Shown piece after piece: positions 55,401 to 64,000 of a stretch of 64,000 nt of DNA. The stretch's first letter is position 1; each line of letters opens with the position of its first letter. The position numbers were made by a program, and so were the translations under genes. The notes under the pieces were generated by a model. That model had not been told where the DNA came from. It saw nothing but the letters and a program-made list of their open reading frames with translations, and searched no databases. The stretch spans positions 28,210,001 to 28,274,000 of the forward strand of contig OX597825.1 of NCBI GenBank assembly GCA_951406725.2, given 5' to 3'. This stretch comes from Octopus vulgaris (lineage: Eukaryota).

Positions 55401-57304
55401 GAATATATATGCAAAACATGAGATTGGAAGGTACCGCAGAACGAGTGAAAACATATAGGGAAGAGGATTTGAAACTGCAGAGATCTTTTAAAGACGTTTA
55501 TTGACTTGACTGGTTTCATTTTTTTAAGAAAAGATTTTCAGAAGTGAAATGTAAGGCTTGCTGTAGCCTTTGTGGTGTTAAAAAACTAGTTACCATAGAT
55601 GTATGAAAATACATTGATAGAGTCATTGGCAATGACTCTATCAATGTTAAGAAATAGAATCGTTGACGATATGAAAATGCTTAAGAAGTTTATATAAATG
55701 TGTTCAAAATTGATAGTAAAATAAATTCATAATTATTATAAGTTCATCAAACATCATCATTGTATATAAGCATATATACAGAAATAATTTGTAGACAGTA
55801 CTTTATAGGACAAAGCGTGTATTACATTAGAAATCATATTTAGGTATTTATACAGTATTCTAGGGGAATGGTTCAAACTTTTTCCTTTATTTGCAATCTT
55901 GTATATGTGTTTGGCATGCATATTTGCTATTTTCAGAAAGATTGTGGGAGGCTGGTTGGTTGGTTGGTTGGTTGGTTGGTTGGTTATTATCATTATCTGA
56001 TTTCGAATAGATTGTGGAATCAAAGGATTTTTTTGTTTCTGGGCTAGTCTATCATAGTTCGGTGGTTATTGGACTGATCTTAGACTTCAAAATGGTGTGA
56101 GTGTGTGTGTGTATGTGTACACGGTACTATGTGTGTATGTGTGTATGTGCGCGTGGGTTTTTGACTGGTTTTATAGTTTAGTGTGGTGAGTGTATGGGTC
56201 TGTGTATGTGTGTTTTATATTTAGTATGGTGGTGTGTGTATATGTGTGCCCATTTGTGTGTGTGTGTATGTGTGTGATTTGTATATGTGTGTGTATATGT
56301 GTTTGTGTATATGTGTTTGTTCATATGTGCGTATGTTTGTGTGTGTTGTGTAGGTCTGGGTGCTGTGTGCGTGCACGTGAGCATATGTGTTTCTCTGTGT
56401 ATTAGTAGTTTTTTAACTGTCCGGGTTGTGTGTGTATGTGTGTACATACGTATGTGTGTGTGGAGTTCATATATATGTATTGTGTGAGTGTGTATGTGTG
56501 TGTGTGTGTTGTATTTGTCATGGGCTTTGTGTGTGTCTGCGTGTATTACGTTTATCAGGGTGGTGTGTGTGTAAGTGTGTTTGTGAGTGTACGTAGTGTG
56601 CGTGTTTGTACCAAGTATGCATTTGTATGTGTGTGTGTGTGTATGTGGGTGTCGATTATGTAGGTACGCTAAATAGTCTCCCATATCTCTCAACACAATC
56701 CAAGAAATACAGAAGCTTACACGATTATATACAAGAGCATACCAATACTGAAACGAGACCCACGTTTAAAAAAACGGACTCAACAACCATAAAATAATAA
56801 AAAGCAAGAGACAACGCAAATCGATAAAAACTTTACTCACTCTGAAATGTTTAGCAAATGCGAACACATGGGCAAGTTACTTTTATCGAAGTGGAGGACA
56901 CCAACTGCAACACAAACGAGGTGCTATGTCAAAGATTTTGACATCCTTCCTGTCATATTATTCTATACCAAATTCATTAATTATAAGTTTTGCAGTCAAA
57001 GGGGGCCAAGATCTTGGTTTTTGTTTTCTTTTCCTTCTCTACGTTCTACTTTTACTATAAACTTTCTTCCCGTTTTTTCTCGTCACGTTTCCTCGTCTTT
57101 CCACACAGATCAACGTCTTGGTTTTCAAATACATTATCGTTATGAACTGATCCTGAAAGATTACTTGGAGATTCATGAGATGTTATACATATTTGCCAGT
57201 ATAATGTATCTTATAGCATGAAACTATTAGCTCTTTTGGAATTGTGTTTATTAAATGCAACATACATACATACATTACATACTTACACACACACACACAT
57301 ATAT

Positions 57305-57335
<31 letters not shown>

Positions 57336-57388
57336 CATACACATATATTTACATATATTTATATATGCACACACAAATATACATATAT

Positions 57389-57431
<43 letters not shown>

Positions 57432-59803
57432 TATATACACGCACCACACATATATATACAGAGACAGAGAGATTGAGTAAAGAGAGAGGCGGGGATCAAG
57501 GTACAGATATGCATCGAATGGGCAAATATATGTGTGTTTAAAATTTAACTGAATGAGGAAGCCGGAATATGCGTTTCTTGTGTTTGGCACGTTGTATTCT
57601 CAATCGGAATTACGTTTAAACATTTGTCTGTATTCTTTTCTGCGAACTAATTCAGCAATCTGTGTAAACAGCATAGCGTATGGATGTGTTGATATGATAT
57701 AATATCTGCTTTAACTCTATTAAGTGAAGCATTCTGCTTATCAGCTGCAAGGGGAATATAAATGTAGGAACATTTTTTTTTCAATTTAACTATTTCAGTT
57801 TAAACCGAATCGTTCACTAATACTGCAATAAGTTTTTTTTCTCTTTAAATTAAATAAAATTAGTTCTATGTATCATATGCGATATACAATGGTTGTTTCA
57901 TTATCAGACGACTTGTATTTTGGCATCCGATTTAATGAGATTTTTATCAAAAATATAAGATTTCAGATAATCTCTTTAACACGAAGCTGGGTTTTATTTT
58001 TCTCTCCGAAACTTATGTTATCCACTAATGGATTCTAATTGCAATTAGCCAATTCATTTATGATTTTGTGAATCAGATCTCCTCAAGACTGACACCAACA
58101 TTAATTACACGCATAAAGTAATTGTGATAAATAATCGCATGTATAGATATATAATTATTGAACCGCTGAAGTGTTTGTGTAATTTTCGTATACTATTATA
58201 GTAAACATCATGTTAATGCTATTTCGTAAACTTGTTTTCCCCTAGACATGGCTATTGGAGGCTAACTAACAGATGCAACGTAACATCTTGCCCTTGACAA
58301 AAAAGTATTATCAATATTTTTCTGTTTTTATTCAGTATACTAGATTTGCAACTTGGGTTCATACTATGTGTCTTTTTGGTTTTGGTTTTGTTTATAGCAC
58401 TTTATGTATGTAATATAGTGGTTATTTTTGTCTTTAAATAGCCTTTATTTGTTAGCCATCGGGATAATTAATATTTTCGCGCAATGTTCTTTCCAATCCT
58501 TCTCAAGATACCTATTCTCATAAATATTGTTTCTGGTCTTAGTCCCCTATTTTCCAAAAACAAAAACCATTCTCTTTACAAAAAAATTCCATTCCTTGAC
58601 GAATGGGAGCGATATTTTATAGAGAGGGCATTTCATATACTAGTTGCCCTTAATATCGATACTAGATCGAGTTTGAACCCCTTGACTATGAGGATTGACA
58701 TGTCCCAGGATATGTTTATTTTTTCCTTCTCTGAAACGTTTTCGGTTGTAGGGTTATGCCACCAGTAGGGTATGTTAATTTGATTGTTTGGTTCATAACC
58801 ATTCTATATCAAGTTTGTATATTTTTGTTTTCTTTTCTTTACGCAAATCGGGGCAACCAGAGGAAATATGGTAGATCCTTCTTCCAAACTTCTACACATA
58901 TGTTGCAGATAATATATTCTTCGTGATTAGATTTTGTTCTTGCTTCAAGTGGTAAAGTTCTGTTCCAGTTTTCCACTTGAAACTCCTGTCTCATCATGGC
59001 ATTCTGTGTTTCTCAGCAAATGTTGCGATGTACTTTAACTACCTCCACGTGCTATAATACTACACCTGATGGATGTTTTCTTGTACACATTTTAGTACTG
59101 TATACTTTAAATCAATCAATTGCTTTCTTTTTGTTTTGTATTTTCTGTTAATTTCGCTTATTTTTCTGTTCTCATTACTATCTGTTATTTCAACCATTTT
59201 TATATCTTTGTTGTCTTCCTAGTTTATATCTTTGTTGTCTTCCTAGTTTTGCTTGTGTATTAAGCCTTTTTTAATATATAACTTTAATGTTATTTTGTTC
59301 TTTAGAAGACATATGTATATTCATGCTTCGTGTATACTGTAATACAATTTTAGTTGTAGTAGGCTACTATACTAAATTTATGGTAATTAAAGGCTTTCAA
59401 TGTCATATTGAGGGCGAGAAATCATCTATATACAATTATAGATTTTCTTGTTGCTGCTAATTCAGTTAGCATCCAGTTGAGAATATAACTTCAAATTATT
59501 GAGGAGACAGCTAAAGTATCGATGACTTTCACTTTACTTTTTCCAAGTTAGGTAGTCTGTTTTACGTATTAATCTAACGCATCTATGATATTCCTTACTG
59601 TTTCTTTCATCTTGTGTACAAAGTATTTTGACAAGACATTAATTACTCCTAAGTAGTTGTAAGTTTGTGTTGGTCTCATTCTCTCATCTATTTCTTAATT
59701 AATTTTTCTTTCTTCATTATTGCTTTGGCACATTTTCTAACCTGAATCTCACAAGAATTCTAATTGTTAATTCATATGCCACCAGTAGCATTGCTTTCTG
59801 TCG

Positions 59804-60165
59804 TTTATGGTCTGTAGTGTTTGACTTTATGGTCTGTAGTGTTTGACTTTATGGTCTGTAGTGTTTGACTTTATGGTCTGTAGTGTTTGACTTTATGGTC
59901 TGTAGTGTTTGACCCCATTTGAAAATAACTACTTGATTATCCTCAAACAACATTTTTATCGAAATCCACATTTAATAAACGTTTTAGTTATCACTGCGCG
60001 GCATGGTCTGTAGTGTTTGACTTTATGGTCTGTAGTGTTTGACTTTATGGTCTGTAGTGTTTGACTTTATGGTCTGTAGTGTTTGACTTTATGGTCTGTA
60101 GTGTTTGACTTTATGGTCTGTAGTGTTTGACCCCATTTGAAAATAACTACTTGATTATCCTCAAA
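59804..60165. repeat. 22-bp minisatellite (TTTATGGTCTGTAGTGTTTGAC) in two blocks, each followed by the same ~35 bp
   Basis: 5 units at 59804-59913 and ~6 units at 60004-60131; both followed by CCCATTTGAAAATAACTACTTGATTATCCTCAAA. Confidence 0.92.
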
Positions 60166-60175
60166 GAACAATTAA

Positions 60176-60250
60176 AGTTGCTCGATTAAAAAAAAGGCGG
60201 TGCTCCAGCATGGCCGCAGTCAAATGACTGAAACAAGTAAAAGAGAAAAA
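60176..60250 (+). mobile_element. SINE family A tail fragment
   Basis: GGCGGTGCTCCAGCATGGCCGCAGTCAAATGACTGAAACAAGTAAAAGAG. Confidence 0.75.
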
Positions 60251-60690
60251 AAAAAAAAACAGAGGGAAATGTACCTGGAGTATTCATCGTCTTATAACGG
60301 CTCCAACCAAGTTGCGTTCCACAATGTTCCGTCTAGAATTTCCGTTTCCCATTAATTTAGGGAGAGCTGCAGGTTCGTGTTAAGTGTCTCTGCGAATAAC
60401 TTCAATGAGGATAAATGATCCTCGTCCGCTAGTAAGATGAGCAAATGTTTAAAATATCACATCTGATACAACCTGTTGCTCATCATCTTTGCTGGATAGT
60501 AATAGCGGTGATATGTCAACACATTCAAATCGACTCTTCAGTTTTTTGCTCACGCGATGAAACTTTTGTGCCGTTATAAGCAACCTGGTGTATTTACTAT
60601 CAATGCAACCATGGCGAATGTTACTCTTGCTCTAGATTTAAGTAAACTTTCTATATTTTCAGCGTTTATCTACAACAGAACTACAGAATT

Positions 60691-61113
60691 GGGATCATTT
60701 CGGTTTGAACGGCAGTTTTTTAAAATAATTTCCACGTAACTAAACACTTTTAAACTTCGTATACTGGTAGAATGTGTTTATAAAACATCTTTTTCTCTTG
60801 GATTTATTGAGACAATTCTATGGTTTGTAAGATATTTGTTGTTTTTTCTTCAATTTCTGCAATTTCAACCAATCAATGACGTCTATTGAGGTGAAAACAT
60901 TCTGTGCCGTATGAATATGTCCCTCGTTTAAGAAACAGATTGGGCTTATCTACATTTCTGAAGAAAAAAAGATACCCTTCCCCCCACCCCTAATCATAAC
61001 CCTAACCCTAAAACAGATTGAAATGCAATAGCTCGATACTAGGGTCATAATTATGGGTGACAATTTCATATGACACCGCTAGTAAAAACTGCCGTTCAAA
61101 CCGAAAAGTTCCC
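60691..61113. mobile_element. MITE with ~29 bp TIRs and 6 bp TSD (AGAATT)
   Basis: GGGATCATTTCGGTTTGAACGGCAGTTTTT / AAAAACTGCCGTTCAAACCGAAAAGTTCCC; AGAATT at 60685-60690 and 61114-61119; internal CCCTAA repeats. Confidence 0.88.
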
Positions 61114-62069
61114 AGAATTGTATGCCATTTACTCATTTGTTTAAACTATCTTCGCCATTGATTCCTAGTTTAATTTTAACTATTTCTTAATAGAATCTTC
61201 GTTGCCTTTTTTTTTCTGTCAAATATTCGTTGTCATGATTCCTCGACGAAGGAAAATATTTTGTTTGAATTTTGGGTATTTCTGTATATCTTATGTTACA
61301 ATATCATGCTTTATTTCACTCTTCTCCGTTTCTCTCTTTCTCACTCTAATTTTCAGCAACGTGTTACCGTTATAGATTTCACTAAAGATTGGCACACATT
61401 TTGCCTTCTACACTATTTGCCGTCCTATATGAATAAAGCAGAGGGTGTGTTAATTCTTTTTTCAGATTCTGTAACTGTTACCTTCTAATGTTTAGCTAAC
61501 CTTGTGATATTGATGCTAATACCCATTATACTACAGTAGGACAAGTTTGCTTTTGTAACTCTAATTGCTACGTCATTGTAATTTTTTATTGCCACAGATT
61601 ACTTTAATCTTTCAAAGGAATGCTTTACATCACTTTTAATTTCTTCACCACTTCCGTTTTGTATCGTATCAATGGCTTCTATCTTCAGAATTTCATATTT
61701 TTAGATTTTTGTCTTCCATTTAATTCATATATTTTTTTATTTGAATTGTTACTCTACTACACTTTCTGCGGGGAATAAATGCAAAGATATTCTGCGGTTC
61801 ACATTTCTTTCTCTTTATTTATTTATTTATTTTGTTATTATATTTATTGCACCCTTGTTTATAATTTACATTTTTCCATGTTTTCGTTTCGTAAATTAAT
61901 TGTTATTTGTATTCTCGTTATGTATTCTTCCTTTTAAACAACCTATTTGCATAACTGATTAATTTTTGGCTTCGTTAATGTACACCTTACACTAACTTAT
62001 TTATTAGCATCCGAAGTTATTTTGAAATCAAGGTTATTCTTAATGCAAATTGTAAAACAATACAATATT

Positions 62070-62228
62070 ACAGTTCTATATTTAAGAGGTGAGGAATTAT
62101 GTGCATTATGTACATTATTTGCATTATATACATTTGACGGATATGTAGCGTAGTGATTAAGAGCGTGGACTACTAACCCCAAGATTCCGAGTTCGATTTA
62201 AAGCAGTGAACTGAACAACAACAACAAC

Positions 62229-62266
<38 letters not shown>

Positions 62267-62430
62267 CAACAACAACAACATCGAAAAATACCTTAGGAAT
62301 GGGAGCCCAGGTTCGAAATTTCCCTAAGACACCTGATGATGTCTGGAGGGTATATGAGCCGAAACGTTGTGTTAACAGCAAACAACATGAGGACAAATAT
62401 CCGTCAAATGTAAATAATGTAAATAATGTA
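62070..62430 (+). mobile_element. tRNA-headed SINE-like element carrying a hammerhead ribozyme, with an inverted copy of its 3' end upstream
   Basis: A-box/B-box-like head 62145-62200 (GTAGCGTAGTGATTAAGAGCG...GAGTTCGATT), (AAC/AAT)n, HHR GACAC-CTGATGA...GCC-GAAA-CGTT-GTGTT at 62328-62373, inverted repeat 62111-62144 / 62397-62430 (32/34 match). Confidence 0.75.
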
Positions 62431-63479
62431 AAAACATTTTTAATTTCGGATTTTGGTACCGATTTAAAGATTTAGCAATGTCGAGAATATTACTGGCATA
62501 GAGGTACGCCAACGTTCTCGAGGAAAACTCTAGATAACGAACACGTGCTGGTTAGTCTATTATGAGCAACTTCGAGAATATCTAGACCTAACAGTGATTC
62601 CGATACAAACAACCGGTTCTAAATATTCACTACAGGCACACAAGTGCCATCAAAGGGGTCAGGCTGAAATGCACCCAAAAGCAATGAAACTGTTCAGTGT
62701 GTTCACAGTCCGAGCTTTCTGGAATTGTGGAATTGCGTCGAACAGCTGCTGTCATGGGTTATATAGATCTGGATATCAACCACTGCCATTTTGATAATCA
62801 CTTCTTTACCCTCCTTTAACCAGGCAGAGAAGGCAGTTTTCCTCTGTCAGGTGACTGTAGTGAAAGATGTTGCATGGTGGATGGGGTTTAAATGTCTGGG
62901 GAGGGGAACTTCATTCAGTAGTAGAGTCTGCATCAACTTCTTCAAATATCACTTGAAAAAAAAAGATGAGAGAGACAGAATGATAGATGTGTTGTTATCT
63001 CAAATGGAAATATTTAAATGTGAGTGCGTGTGATGAAAATGCTAAGTATAGATAACAATGATCTACGTACAAGCCTCTTGGTTGGAGAACAACAGCACAA
63101 GTGGGCTCTTACCCTTGTATTCAGGATTATGTTGGAAGATGGGGTTCCTCAAGAGAACTTAGATACAGGCCCTCCTATATCCGGGGCTGCATCACCATTT
63201 CTACATATTTGTATCCCATGTACATTGTTTTCTTAGTCTCATTTGACTTTGTTTTTTCTTTCTTTCTGAATCCCCAGACATTATCCATACCTTTGTGAAT
63301 GTGTGCTTCATTCATCACCCACTTGGAAAATATCTTTAAAAATACGGCTATTATTAAAATAACCATCTATGCATCATATTTAATGCATATCGATAGTCAG
63401 AGTAATTTGAAATTTAGACAATGTATTTACATTAGGTATTATACGCAGATGACCATTTTAATCTAATACCGCTTCTGTT

Positions 63480-63800
63480 GCATGTTACAGAACCATGCCT
63501 GTACGGGCAAAGACTGAACAGTGGGCAACAATGTGTTCAATACTCTCACGCTTGTTTTCGCAGAGTCTACAGTTTCAGCCTGCCTCATTCTGAATGATAT
63601 TAGCTTGATAGTCCCAAGTGAGGAGACTCTGTTCTTCTGCCGCTAGGATAAATACCTTTGTTTCAACTTTAAAACCAACTCTCAGTAACCACTGATGGAG
63701 TTTTTCCCTATCTGCATGAGCTTCCCCCATCCCATTTGTGATCACTGAATTTTTTCAGCTACTAGTAAGTCATCAGATCTATGTAAAGCAAGCGTTAAAT
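63480..63800 (-). pseudogene. R4/Dong-like LINE fragment with CCHC zinc knuckle
   Basis: GFKVETKVFILAAEEQSLLTWDYQANII...*NCRLCENKRESIEHIVAHC. Confidence 0.75.
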
Positions 63801-64000
63801 CTTGTTAAATATTCCGTAACTGTAATTTGTTTTATTCAGATCGTGGGACAAGGAGTCTCGGTATATTGTCAACATTCTTCTTGTCTTGCTATCCATTTTC
63901 ATCACTTCTTTCTTTTGCCATTTCATAATTTCCGCTCTATACCGAAGTGATGCTATCACCCACGTATTAACGTCTTGGATTTTATTACATCCAGTTAATT

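Noticed and set aside
59804-60131. CRISPR-like array
   Set aside because: 22-bp units are head-to-tail with no unique spacers, no cas genes, eukaryotic context

Overview
Eukaryotic, AT-rich, microsatellite-saturated non-genic DNA. The SINE repertoire and the (TA)n/(CA)n/(TAGA)n/(TAA)n density suggest an octopus or other coleoid cephalopod genome (inference). I recognise no host protein-coding exon, and almost all listed ORFs are microsatellite translation artefacts. The main feature is a near-intact Penelope-like retroelement (PLE, Neptune-type RT + Cys linker + GIY-YIG) at 7001-12505 on the minus strand, with ~1 kb direct pseudo-LTRs and (TA)n on both sides. The most striking hidden signal is about a dozen type-I hammerhead-ribozyme (HHR) motifs read by eye. 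They lie in both pLTRs and in several short non-coding element families, mostly embedded in (TA)n. Some are minimal HHRs, some carry ~70-90 nt rod-like stem II insertions, and one sits in a tRNA-headed, SINE-like element with an inverted 3' end (62070-62430). Together these suggest a set of PLE-mobilised, ribozyme-bearing non-autonomous elements. Also present: three tRNA-SINE families (about 20 copies), a non-autonomous Helitron, mariner/maT remnants, MITEs, R4/Dong-like LINE fragments, a 22-bp minisatellite and a probable assembly chimera at ~39.2-39.7 kb. All RNA structures were deduced by eye and not computed.
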